DNA of 63,668 bases, filler included, from Lenisia limosa (GCA_001655205.1; 8 parts of 8 records of this genome joined end to end with filler, not necessarily neighbours in it), one strand, 5' to 3'; shown: positions 50,128 to 62,213, numbered from the whole stretch's first letter. Program-made: numbers and translations. The notes: generated by a model not told the origin, from the sequence alone.

Positions 50128-50227
50128 TAGGACTTCACTTTGGTTAGAAAAACACTGGTAAAATATCGAAAATATTCGAGGATTTATCGAAAAATTCAGT
50201 CTTTTTTCGTACCAAAGTGAAGCCCTA
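50128..50227. mobile_element. MITE family A
   Basis: TAGGACTTCACTTTGGTT..ACCAAAGTGAAGCCCTA; TA at both ends. Confidence 0.85.
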
Positions 50228-50608
50228 GAATTGGACAAAATTGTGGGGGGAANNNNNNNNNNNNNNNNNNNNNNNNNNNNNNNNNNNNNNNNNNNNTTAA
50301 TTAATTAANNNNNNNNNNNNNNNNNNNNNNNNNNNNNNNNNNNNNNNNNNNNGAAAGAAAAGCCTCCTTTTTGTTCGCGGTTTTAATCATGTTCGCGGTT
50401 TTAACTATATATTATATTATATATAGCTATATATGATATATAATATGATAATATGGTATAGCTACATATCATATTATTATAATTCATTACCCCATGCTTC
50501 ATGAAAATAGCATGCCCTCAGTTTAATATAAAAAGACTGAATTTCTCGATAAATCCTCCAAAATTACCGATATTTTACCTATATATATAATACATATAAT
50601 CGACCAAC

Positions 50609-51999
50609 CAGATAGAGTTCCACTGCGGTTCCGAAGCCATCTCGCGCCTGTCCACTCAAATGCGCCCACATTGTTCTATTAAAGTAAAGCTATCATTGTA
50701 TTAAGGAACTACTATTCCTATGAACATTAAAATCATCATTGTTCTAATAAAGTTAGATGTTATCGCTGTATAAAAGTTAGAAAGTAACTCTCTTAATTAA
50801 AATCACCAGAGTTACATTAAGCAACGATTAATCAGTTTATTAAAATAATTGTTACATTAAGTTGTATTGTTCATTAATAAAATAAATATAAACATTAGAT
50901 TTACAATAGAAATATTCATTTCCACCAAGACTTCAACTTACTGAATATGTACACTGGGTCTTGGGAAGGATGTGTTGTATGGTGGTGCAAAGAAAACACC
51001 CGAAATATACTCCTCGTAAGCATAAGAATGTTCTGTGAAGTAAATCAAAAAAAAAAAAAGAAGAATTCTTATTTTGATGCAAGTGTAAAGTTCACAATAT
51101 CCATTTTACCAAAACGCCATTTGTAAATAGATCATATTATAGTAATATATCGATATAATATGACATAATACATGTATTATCTCACCGTTGTTTTTAAAAC
51201 TACAACTGAGGCTTCCCTACGGTCCCAAAAAAGACGGAATTTCCCGATAAACCCTCAATAAATATCGATGTTTTAGGGAAGCCTAACTACAACCCACCCA
51301 AAATTGTAGAAATACCCTACCCCCATTCACCACCTCTAAATAGACACCCCTTCCAGCCAGCCCCCACGTTGAAGATGGTAGTAGGCCCAGGAATGAATGC
51401 CTGTGAAACCGGGTGTAGGCACTGGAAAGTAAAAAGGCATGATAATTGTACTAGAAACAATGTATGACGGGTGTGTATGTAGGTATGTTAACCCATATCC
51501 ACTAGTGATACGATCATATGACCGGCTTTCGAGTCGAAATGATGAACAAATATAACACGAGGGTTCATCTCGAGTGTATCAGAGTATCATTAAGACTTGT
51601 CGGTCAATTATCATACGAGTGGATATGAGGTATCGTATCACTGCGTGGAAAATGATAGTTCAAACGTGTGAAAATGATCCAAAAAATAATATGATGGGAT
51701 AAATAGTTAAAGCAGGTTAGAACGTCAGAAGTACAATTCCATTAAATATGACAAAGAGCTATGGATTCACTTTGGTTCGAAAAAGACCGTTAAAATATCT
51801 CTATCGAGGGTTTATAGAGAAATTATGTCTTTGTTCGAACCGAAGTGAAGTCCTACAAATAATGTTCAACTATCTCTTATCATTATCAAAACAAAATAGA
51901 CACTCAAATGAGAACACATGAAATGTTGAATGTAAGCCACACCACACCATCAGGGCACTTAATCTGGTCATGATACAGGCACGTTTCCTCATAAAGCAG
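50609..51999 (-). CDS. Gene fragment resembling a TmcB/C-like extracellular module
   Basis: Four exons join in phase: LLYEETCLYHDQIKCPDVPTPGFTGIHSWAYYHLQQHSYAYEEYISG..QTMWAHLSGQARDGFGTAVELYL. Confidence 0.4.
51208..51285. mobile_element. MITE family A, internally deleted
   Basis: GGCTTCCCTACGGTCCCAAAAAAGAC..TAGGGAAGCCTA. Confidence 0.75.
51761..51855. mobile_element. MITE family A
   Basis: GGATTCACTTTGGTTCGAAAAAGAC..TTCGAACCGAAGTGAAGTCCTA. Confidence 0.8.
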
Positions 52000-52609
52000 C
52001 TGGTAGGTGGAATCGGGGAGATCTCGGGGGGAGTAGGGGGAGTAATGGGTCTCAAGAAGAGCTGGCGAAACTACAGATATCAGGGGAGCGGAAGATGAAA
52101 ATGGGTAAAAGCAAAGGGCTCCAATCCCCCAACCTGCACTCTCAAGTTNNNNNNNNNNNNNNNNNNNNNNNNNNNNNNNNNNNNNNNNNNNNTTAATTAA
52201 TTAANNNNNNNNNNNNNNNNNNNNNNNNNNNNNNNNNNNNNNNNNNNNTATTTCGTCCATTGGCTCTATTATAGAGACTGAACAAGGAAAATTCTTGAAA
52301 AAACCGTTTGACTTAAATATCTCAAAACCACTACATTTTCTCTCAAAACTGCCGAATTTCACACTAAAAAGGGTGTTATTGAAGCGATTAATGTCCATTT
52401 TTGGCTTGTTCGCGGTTTTAATCATGTTCGCGGTTTTAACTACCAACCTATATGCCATTACATAGATATCATATACATGTATATGCTATTATATATCATA
52501 TATCGATATGTATACTTTTGATGATAGAATAAATCATATACAATCTAGTATATCTTATGTCTGTTCAGCTAAACCCAAGAAAAACCTAGACTTTTACCCC
52601 CCCCCCCAC

Positions 52610-55600
52610 GTCCATTTCATCGTCCGCCTTGGACGCTTCATCCATCTTCATGCTCTTGACAGCGTCCTCGGCAGTGTTACGTTCGCAAGACTTCATACCT
52701 GGGGTGTTGGGGTAGGGCAAGAAAAGGGGAAGAAAAGAGGATGTTTAGATGGAGAATAAGGAAACAGAATTAGCCACTCCAAGCTTACAATTGCCATCAG
52801 GCCTGACGTCGGAGAGTAAGGGGGGAGGTGACAAGAAAAGGGGAGGAGTATTGGGGACGTATGTATGGTATATTGGACATGTGATAGAGCCACCAAGCCT
52901 GCCAACCAGTTGCCTGCAGCACAGTGTCGATGAGGGACGAGAGTGAGACTGAAGGGGCGGCTGCGACGCCGCGAAGGTCGCGAAGGAGGTGCAGAATGTT
53001 GCGCAGTATAGCGGATTGCCGGGGCTATGGGTCAGTTTTGTTGAAGCTGAGAGTGGATTATCTAGATTTGTTGAATTGCACCAAATACTTTAATTTCATA
53101 GCTTAATATAATTAGGGCCTCCCCTGCCCGAAAAAGACGGATGAAATATCGATATTAGGATTTATCGAGGCCGAAAAATTATAATCGATAGTTTTTGAGG
53201 AAATATTGAGAAATTAACTGTTTTTGAATCGAAGTGAAGCCATAATAATATGTCTGAGTTATGATGGATCAATACAATATTAATTACTAGGAGACATGCC
53301 CCCACAAGATACCAAATGTCGCGAACGCTATTGAAGAATATCGTGGGACTTATCCCCCATCCCCCACTTTGATATCCACGCCTGAGCCTCCCTCAACACA
53401 AAACTCAAGAGCCCTCCATAGACAGCCGTGCTGCGCTGATAGCTGTAGTGTAAACTGATCGTTGAATGAGCCATGAATTTCATCAAACACATTAAATAAG
53501 AGATAACAATCTTGCCCAAAGATAAAGTATTGCTACGTAGTAATGTATACTTCAACTGGTGTATAAGGACGCTCCCTCCAACTGCACCCTAAGAGACAGC
53601 ATTGCCTTCATACTCTAATAATCGCCTTCTTTCTACCCCTACCCAATACCCCCACCCCCAACTTTCTGCACGGCGGCGATGGTAGCTAAGCCAAGTCCCC
53701 TAGATCGTTACATCGGGAAATTGGCAATACAATGACCGTGATAAGTAGAGCTTCCCTGCGTTCCGAAAAAGACCAGTAAAATATCGATATTTATCGGATT
53801 TATCGAGAAATTTCGTATTTTTTGGGAACGAGAGAAGCCTAAGTGAAAAATCTTGACCGATCTTATAGGGTTTCTCTTCACCAAGCGGTCAAGACATTCC
53901 ACAGTTACTACAAAATGTTTCGTAACTATGAAGAACCGAATTAAAATGAAAGACTGGAATCAGCAAAATCAAGGCCAAAAGAATGACCAGGACGGTGTGG
54001 TCTAAAAGTAAGCCAACCTTGGAGGTTTGGTCAGGCATCTTTCCAAGGCATATTTCGGTATTGCTGCGGTAGAAGCACAGCCCATAACCTGACCCATAAA
54101 TATTCAAACAAGGTAAGAAGAGCCCTTCGATAGAATAGATATCTCAGCAAATTTTGAAGACTGCACTGTTCAACAAGAACAAGAGTACACCGGGCACTAC
54201 TTAACGAGGCACAACAAACCTTCAGAAAACAAAGAACAGTTTTGATGGTTCCTCGCTGGAAGAAGGACAACTCTGAATGATGAGTGTTTCAATCATGTGC
54301 TGCACAGTTTATTACAGGAAAAAATCCCAAGAAAAACGGATCAAAAAATTGGACCAAAAAGAACATGAACAAATAGTAAGAAAGAACAAAGAGAACTTAT
54401 GTTTGAATGTAGTATATCTAAATTGTATAACTATATACATTACCGTCACCAGAAAAGACCAAATCAAATCCATCAAATTAAGCTAAAAAAACGGTACTTC
54501 AGTCTCAAGCGCAGTTTCATCATCTCAAAGCAAAAGACGGCTCGACTGCGTCATGTGTCTCGAGATTGTTGACGATAAATGTGCTTACCATCGGAACCAA
54601 ATTTGACAAACAAGGCCGAAAATATGGATCGGGGGGGGGGGCTATTGGAATGAATTACTGCATTCGTTTGTGACTTCATCATCTTATTGCCAAGGTAGTC
54701 CAGCGAATGAGGCAGGGGCCAGCCTTGAGTCCATCGAGGATAATATAGGCAGGGAGATATTTTAGTTCTTCCAACTCAAGCCATTATTCATCTCTTCAAT
54801 AAACGTCGTTATTTGGTGTCGTCAATAGAAGTGGTCAAATTCTCTTTTCTTGCGTGGAAGCTATATAAAATTTCCATTTTGATTTCCCTTAAATGTACCA
54901 GCCTTCTCCCCTCTGAATTCTACTTTAAGCTGATATATTATTTTTTGGCGGTGCTTCAGCCTCAAAAGCAAACGTGACAGTGAGAGAGAAACAATCGAAA
55001 ACAACGATGTCAAAAACTTAACACGTCGAGCAAAACCCACCTTCCCTCTCCATCAAACAGCTTAAAGACATATGGGAACATCAGCTCTAAATAAGGGTGG
55101 GGAATCATGCCAACAGATGAGGGTGCATGGCGTGTAAGTCGTTGGGTAACAAAATTCGGTGAAGTCAATGGGAATTTGGTCAATCAAGTGGGGAGATGAT
55201 CTTTGAATGCTGAAGGAACGGCCAAGGGCACATGTTGGAAGTTGATTTTAACAGTGGTTTGCTGCCGTGTATGCCAGTCATTCATAATTGAGCCGCCCAG
55301 AAAATCTACAGGAGAGGGGTGCTTCGTGACAAAAACACTGTCTTGACAAGGTTTGTTACGGCGGTGGTGAATTCGGCCGCGTCAAGTTCCCCTTTTAGTC
55401 TCAGTTCGGCAACCAGTTCTGTTGAGAAATGCCTCAGCCTTGGGGACTGACTGGAGGTCACTCCGGAAGTTAGTTGTCGTGAGTTTTGTGTTCCCTGCAT
55501 TTGCAACTGCCATAGAGTTACCAATTCACCCAATCATTTGGAAATAATGCAAGCCAGTTCCATGCCGGTTCCATGCCAACCGGTGTGGAGACCAAAGGGG

Positions 55601-58378
55601 ATTTTGGCCCTATGGAAAGCAATCTCGAACTCAGCACTACACGCCCTCGTTCGAAACAGAACGGCAATGTCTTTGAAGTTAACCTGGTGGTCAGTGACAG
55701 TTGTAATTTCACTTTTGTTTTCTTAACCGAATACACTTTACATATTAGATAATATCCTATCACACGTATTTATTACATTTCGTCACCATAACAATGTTAC
55801 ATAGCGTCTCAACTATTTCAGCCGATTCATTTTTCATTAACCAGATTGACATACCTTATCTATCTTATGGAGATGAAGAATGGTTTCAGCGACAAAGGAG
55901 GCTTCTTCTTGCGGGGTGGGCGCTATATGGTACTCCACGAGCGAGTGCGCTCCTTTGAAACTTTCTTGGACTATGTCGTCAGGGCGAGTGCTGTTGTGGG
56001 CAATAATGCTTGCTGCATTCTGGGGAATTAGCAAGAAGAAATGCTAATACTAACCTAATTTTTTCACAAAAAATAACGAAAGACCCTATTAACTTGTATT
56101 AGCAAAAGAGATCGATTTTGATATCCCCAGCAGACCTCTACGATCTGTGAAGAGCTTCGATAGTTAGTGGTGAGGAACACTCTTCGCAGTTTCTTATAGT
56201 GTCTGCTCATCAGATCGAAGTTCTGAGGAGAGGCGCCTTGGAAGCTGTAAATACTTTGGTCAATGTCTCCGACGACGGTCAAGGCCTGCGACTCCTGACA
56301 AGTGAGGGTTGGATGTAGGACTAATTGAAATGAAGTTCTTAATATTATCTGTTTTTTTATCGCTTCAAATTTTTGAAATTAGTTTTCCAATTAATTGCAT
56401 GGACTTCTTGTTAAATGATACACCGGGTGAAAAACTGAAAAAAAATATTACGATATACTATGTAAGAGTACTCTAGCAGCTGTGTTTGAAGAATTCTAGT
56501 GGCACAAACCTTCGTTAGTAAATTAGCAAGAAGGTATTGAGAGGTATTACAGTCTTGGAACTCGTCAACCTGATGAGTAAGCGTATTAGGCTAAATAACT
56601 CAGTGACAGTATCCCCAACCCTACCAAAACAGCAGAACATTTCGCTTGGAAGCTCTGGAATGTGAATTATGTTAAGGAAGAAAATAGCCACATGATGTCC
56701 AATTTGGTTAACCAACAAACCCTCAGTATTTGGGGGTTTTGTTTGAACAGGTCAATAGTCAGCAGAATGAAATCTGAAAATAAAAATCTAAAGAAATTGA
56801 TACTTATCAAGATGGATGAAGAAAAGCAGGTTATACAAATATAAAAGAACAGACTTTTTTATCAATAATTTATCACAATTAAGACTTTTTGTCTACTACT
56901 TATAAGTAGTACCGTTGTCATCTTCAACAACACCCCTGTCTATGTGGTGACCCCCCTCCCTGTTTATCTTTTGCTCCTCTTACAACGCTCTATCCCAAGC
57001 CCACAACCAGCCTCCACCCTATACCCCGCATACCTGCGAAGTCCACAAGGGATCGGTCTGTCAAGGCCATCTCATACTAAAATGTCACGAATGAATCCTG
57101 GGTGTGGAGATTCATGTGGTCAAGACATGCATGCAAAATTACTCTTCTTTTTATAAATTGGTGTTACTTTGAAAACTGGCTCAATTCAAGGATATTACTT
57201 TAACATAGCCCCCCCCACTCCTTCATAAGCTTTCCTGAAAGTGCCTTCAAATTTTGATGGCATAAAACGAGATGCTTTCGCTCTAAAGTGTCATATAGAG
57301 AAAAATGTTAATAGTACAATATTTTTTATCCAATTCATTACAAGGATATGCTGTTTGGATATATTGCGTATTGATGTGATATGGTTGCTTTCAGCTCCAG
57401 TGTATTCATGGTAAAGTGTTTCAGCAACAATTCGCAAAACTTACCGTTTGATATGCTTAGCCATGGAGAACACCGTCTAAAATGTCACAAATGAGCATGA
57501 ACACCACTACACTTGTTTTTGACAGTTATATACAAAGAACATGATATAATTATATATATGATATTATATCTGATATTATATATACACTCTGACTCCAAGT
57601 AATGTGAGCTATTATTAAAATTAGATTCCAACTTTCTTGTCAACTTTGTGAGCATTGATCTTCTTTTTGACTTTGGATTTCTTGAATGATTTCGTGCCTT
57701 CCACTGGAGAATAAAGAAAACGGAAAAGGGTTCCTTTCAAAAACAAGATCTGAAAATGGCATTAAAAGCAGTTCCAAAGCACGCTTACATCCACCACGTT
57801 CGTAAGCCTCGCGAACACCCTGTAAATTGGAGGCGTTTTCGATTCTACAGCATCATTGCAATAGAATATCAAGAACATACTATCACACATATGACAACAG
57901 TAAGTTTCTCAACTCCATGAACATCTGTTACTTATTTTGATATTGATACTCTAGACTTGGAACCGACATAATGTCATCTCTCAAACAAATAGCGCCCCCT
58001 CAAACCTCACTGCTTCCAATTCGTTCAAATTATTGAGGACAAGTCGAATCATCTAAAGAACTAAGGGAGATCCAAATGTTCGTTGATATTCAAAATACGA
58101 ATACGAATTATTACGGGTGCACTATTGTTACATACCTTGATCTGTTCCGAGGATTCGATGACGTTGAATTGTGACTGTGATAGTTAGTGACCAACCAAGA
58201 CAAATAAAACCATGTTTAAGGAGGATTAATTGGGCTCTATGCAATTCATTTTTTGAAGAAAATAATAACCAAAATTTGAAACTAAAGTGTCTGAAATGGG
58301 GTGGCCCTGTGTCATAATGCTCCCTCAAGACACTCCAACCTTGAAACAGCCAAGGTCAGTCCAATGCTCCCTCAAGAC
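52610..58378 (-). CDS. UvrD/PcrA/Srs2-family SF1 helicase, central part; both ends lost at spacers
   Basis: VDEFQDCNTSQY (motif II), VVGDIDQSIYSFQGA (III), LTTNYRSSSQIVE (IV), DIAVLFRT, FFQRGTIKTVLCFLK, LTKPPRGLG. Walker A and motifs V/VI are not in this piece. Confidence 0.9.
53113..53243. mobile_element. MITE family A with mixed-subtype termini
   Basis: Left TAGGGCCTCCCCTGCCCGAAAAAGAC, right TTTTTGAATCGAAGTGAAGCC. Confidence 0.7.
53746..53841. mobile_element. MITE family A
   Basis: TAGAGCTTCCCTGCGTTCCGAAAAAGAC..GGGAACGAGAGAAGCCTA. Confidence 0.7.
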
Positions 58379-58404
58379 CTGGAAGCACCATCTTTGAAAA
58401 TGAG

Positions 58405-58579
58405 GGGAAAGAAAGCCTAATGTACAGAGTGTGGATATCATATAAGAGGGAAGAAAGCAGAGTGTGGATATCATATAAGAGGGAAGAAAGCCTAATGTAC
58501 AGAGTGTGGATATCATTTCAGAGGAAGAAAGCCTAATGTACAGAGTGTGGATATCATATAAGAGGGAAGAAAGCCTAAT
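58405..58579. repeat. ~42-bp tandem repeat (AGAGGGAAGAAAGCCTAATGTACAGAGTGTGGATATCATATA)
   Basis: About four near-identical units running into the spacer. Confidence 0.9.
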
Positions 58580-58679
58580 NNNNNNNNNNNNNNNNNNNNN
58601 NNNNNNNNNNNNNNNNNNNNNNNTTAATTAATTAANNNNNNNNNNNNNNNNNNNNNNNNNNNNNNNNNNNNNNNNNNNN

Positions 58680-58801
58680 TGTTGTTATCAACCCTTGTTT
58701 GTTGTCAGCCAACAGAGTTGTGGCTTTTTTGTTTCATAAATTTCCCTATTTTATCCAGATTGTTTCATAAATTGTCCAATTTTACCCCCCCACCCCCGTA
58801 G
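58680..58801 (+). repeat. Intron-3'-end repeat ending in an AG acceptor, with a duplicated terminal segment
   Basis: ..TTTCATAAATTTCCCTATTTTATCCAG ATTGTTTCATAAATTGTCCAATTTTACCCCCCCACCCCCGTAG|exon. Confidence 0.85.
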
Positions 58802-61588
58802 TTGTTGTGTACTACTTGGGGACAGAGACACTGCTGACCCCGCGAAACACGTACGAATCAGAAATCCCCTTCTTATCAATTGATGAAAGACTAATGGGTG
58901 GGGGGAGAGATATTGGATAATTAACAGGGGGAGGGTGGAGGGGACTTATCGCGGTCTGTGTATAAAGCTCAATATTACACTGCATGTATTTAACAGTTTT
59001 ATTCACCCTTATTAACACTTTTCTCTGTTATTTAAACCACCGTTGTGAATTTTTCCCACACGAAGCTTTATAGCTTTTATGTGCTACTGGTTATATATAT
59101 TATTATGTTTTTCTTATCTTCTGTACTGAATATTTACTGTTTGTATTTGTCATTTTAGTTATTGGATACACATATGTATATGTATATATGCATATACCAA
59201 CATCGATATGTGTATGTACATAAAATGTATGTACACACTGTGACCAGGAGAGGTCTTGTCCGATTTGCTATGAATTCCAAGGAAAATCGGTTAAGACTTA
59301 TCGCGGTCACTGTGTTTCAAATGAAAATCTCCATTATAAACACATTTCTAATATGTATGCTGGGACGCAAATGATTGGGTGAATTAATATTTTACTATAA
59401 TCCAATATCTCTAATAAGCGTGAATGTGTNNNNNNNNNNNNNNNNNNNNNNNNNNNNNNNNNNNNNNNNNNNNNNNNNNNNNNNNNNNNNNNNNNNNNNN
59501 NNNNNNNNNNNNNNNNNNNNNNNNNNNNNNNNNNNNNNNNACAATCCTGAGGGGACACTACATGCCTGCATTCGTTTGTTTTGCTGGTGGGGGGGGGGGA
59601 CCCAAAATCAACAGTTGGTTCCAGAGCACTAAAGAGTCTTTCTAATCCCTATGGATATGATTATATGACAGACAATTATGTCAAAAGTTCATTGAGACTT
59701 GTCGGATAATTATCAGACGAGTGGATATGAGGTATCATATCACTGTGGAAAATGATAGTTCACACCTGTGAGCATGATCCAAACAGTGATATGACTTAGT
59801 TTATTTCTCTTCTTTTTCTGCTTTTGTCCCTATAAATTTTCAATTTTCACCCCCACACACGTTTTGATGGGATGCGGGGCTGNNNNNNNNNNNNNNNNNN
59901 NNNNNNNNNNNNNNNNNNNNNNNNNNNNNNNNNNNNNNNNNNNNNNNNNNNNNNNNNNNNTATTCTTCATCTAAATTTTCCAATTTTACCCCCCTCCAGA
60001 CACCATTTTTGTTGTAAGCCTGGGTCGGGAACTCTATGGAAGCAACTCCGGTGAATACTACAATGCAACGTCCACGTTTCCTTTACCGGTTGGTGGGGGG
60101 CGGTTTTGCTGCCTCGGAGGCAAGAAATATTAAATAAATCCAGGGAAACATAAGAATACATAGGGATACCATAAACAAATCACTATAAATATTGCGGGCG
60201 CGCCTTCCCCCAAGTTGCTCGGGGACTCCTAAGTGGTGGGTGTTTTGTGTTGTAGGAGCCATTTTATTGTTGCTTTATGAGTGATACCTGTGGTGAATAT
60301 TATACGGCGTGATATGTATAATAATTAGAATTCGGTGCAATTAATTTTGTCTGACCCAATAATTTCTTGAAATTAATTGCGAAATAATTTTAAATTTCTT
60401 TCAATATTAATTTCTCCAAAAAAAAATTTTTTTAATTAAAAAAATTAATTCAAAAAATTAATTGCACTGACTATAATAATACTATGAAATGTAGTGTTTA
60501 TCTTTCTATTGACTTTTTATTTTTCAGGATCCCAATATGGCAGTTTCAGGATACGGCAGTGACCTTTCGTTTTTCGCTCACCTTGGTGGGTATGTAATAT
60601 AGTATGAATACATCTTGGATTTTTTGCCGTTAATGACAAGAGTAACTCAGTTTTCATGTAATATTTTGAAGAAGGAATTATTTATTGTAATGTTGGCTTT
60701 TCCTTACATTTACCCCNNNNNNNNNNNNNNNNNNNNNNNNNNNNNNNNNNNNNNNNNNNNNNNNNNNNNNNNNNNNNNNNNNNNNNNNNNNNNNNTTTAA
60801 CCACAATGTAGAAATGGTAGATCTCATTACTGTTGCTTCACCAAATGTGAGGGATGTTTTGTTGAATGGAACAAACAGGAGTGTCTTGTTACCCATAGTT
60901 TTCTCTCTAATTCCAAAATATTTCTCTAGTCTTTTCTGCCGTCATCAATATACACTATATCGATGTGATACTCCCTCTAAACCACATAATCTCTGATATG
61001 AGCTTGTTTTCTCTCTAATATTCCTTCTTCTAAAACACTCTCACCAATACAGCTCCGCTATGGGCTGGTAACCCAAAAGCCCATGCCAGATAGGAACTCG
61101 ACCCTTCTATCGCGCCATTCAAACCTCTATTACAGCGGGGAGAATGTCCATCATCCGCATCCTCGCGAGTCTAACTTTGTACGAGTTTCTTTGATGACTT
61201 TTCTCAACTAACGGAAATCGAATTCAATCAGAAGTATCATTCCAGGCCTTTTTTATTTAAAATTTGCATGTTAGAGCTGTTTCATACGGGAAACTACCCT
61301 GCGGAATTATCCCGAAGGGTCATTTTGAAAACTGCGTACAGTTCCACTTTATTTGACAAAATAAGACAACGACTGAACCACCTTAAATGTATTTTTTTTT
61401 TTTATGGTCGGAAGTATCGTTATCGTCACCGTTTCAGACAACCGTGTTTCATAGTGGGGCTTCGACCTTCCTTTGGGCATGTCAGAGTATGGCGTTTCAG
61501 TACACCTTCTTTTGCATTACAACGCTCTCCTGGATCCCAGGCATGTGTGTGCCGACAGCAGGGGCCTTTGCTCCTATCCTTGTCAAGG
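58802..61588 (+). CDS. Unresolved gene fragment: TmcB/C-like module, or less likely a CLC channel
   Basis: Exons VVYYLGTETLL..IDERLM, DTIFVVSLGRELYGSNSGEYY, DPNMAVSGYGSDLSFFAHL. The last exon is open in two frames, giving either a Cys-rich Tmc-like or a CLC-like segment. Confidence 0.35.
59236..59314. mobile_element. Short TIR element with CAGTGACC termini (Tc1/mariner-like MITE)
   Basis: ..GTGACCAGGAGAGGTCTTGTCCGATTT..AAATCGGTTAAGACTTATCGCGGTCACTG; related TACAGTGACCGGATAAGTCTT copies at 61935-62041 and a remnant at 58942-58960. Confidence 0.7.
59825..59999 (+). repeat. Intron-3'-end repeat (interrupted by Ns) ending in an AG acceptor
   Basis: AATTTTCAATTTTCAC..GATGGGATGCGGGGCTG NNN ..AAATTTTCCAATTTTACCCCCCTCCAG|exon. 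Confidence 0.8.
60326..60475. mobile_element. AT-rich foldback/MITE-like element
   Basis: Left TTCGGTGCAATTAATTTT and right AAAATTAATTGCACTGA inverted ends; single copy in the window. Confidence 0.5.
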
Positions 61589-61934
61589 GTGGGGGGGGGG
61601 GCTATTTCCATGAACTATTGTTATTTGTTATTAATCATGATCATTAATAGTCATATGTACACCCGCGTTCACAACCTGAATTGTGATATGATGTTACATT
61701 CCGACACAACATATTCAGAATATTCCATAACCTGAATTGGGATATATTTCTAATATGCAAATGCCATGTATCCACTTATTGTGGTATCACGCAGCAGTAT
61801 TATTCATTCATTGACTTCAACAATCTAATTGTGATATTCATGATAATATATATATATATAGTATATATATAGTATATATATATCTCTCTCTATACAAAAA
61901 AATCAAAGATAAATATTCTACTGGAGGAGATATC

Positions 61935-62041
61935 TACAGTGACCGGATAAGTCTTTACCGATTTGCTATGTGATATACAGTGACCAGATAAGTCTTGACC
62001 GATTTCTCTGTGATTTCCCAAGAAAAATCGGTCAAGACATT
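61935..62041. mobile_element. Tc1/mariner-like MITE: left half plus a near-complete copy
   Basis: Two successive TACAGTGACC(G/A)GATAAGTCTT..ACCGATTT termini, then AAATCGGTCAAGAC. Confidence 0.7.
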
Positions 62042-62213
62042 AATATATCATTTGTAATNNNNNNNNNNNNNNNNNNNNNNNNNNNNNNNNNNNNNNNNNN
62101 NNTTAATTAATTAANNNNNNNNNNNNNNNNNNNNNNNNNNNNNNNNNNNNNNNNNNNNAAATGAAGGGTAGGTAGGTATTGGATGGGCGTAGTGGTGATA
62201 GGGTATCAATACT

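Noticed and set aside
58313-58378. Tandem exon duplication (GTCTTGAGGGAGCATT twice)
   Set aside because: Only ~16 bp is shared and the second copy lacks a convincing acceptor; treated as a small local duplication.
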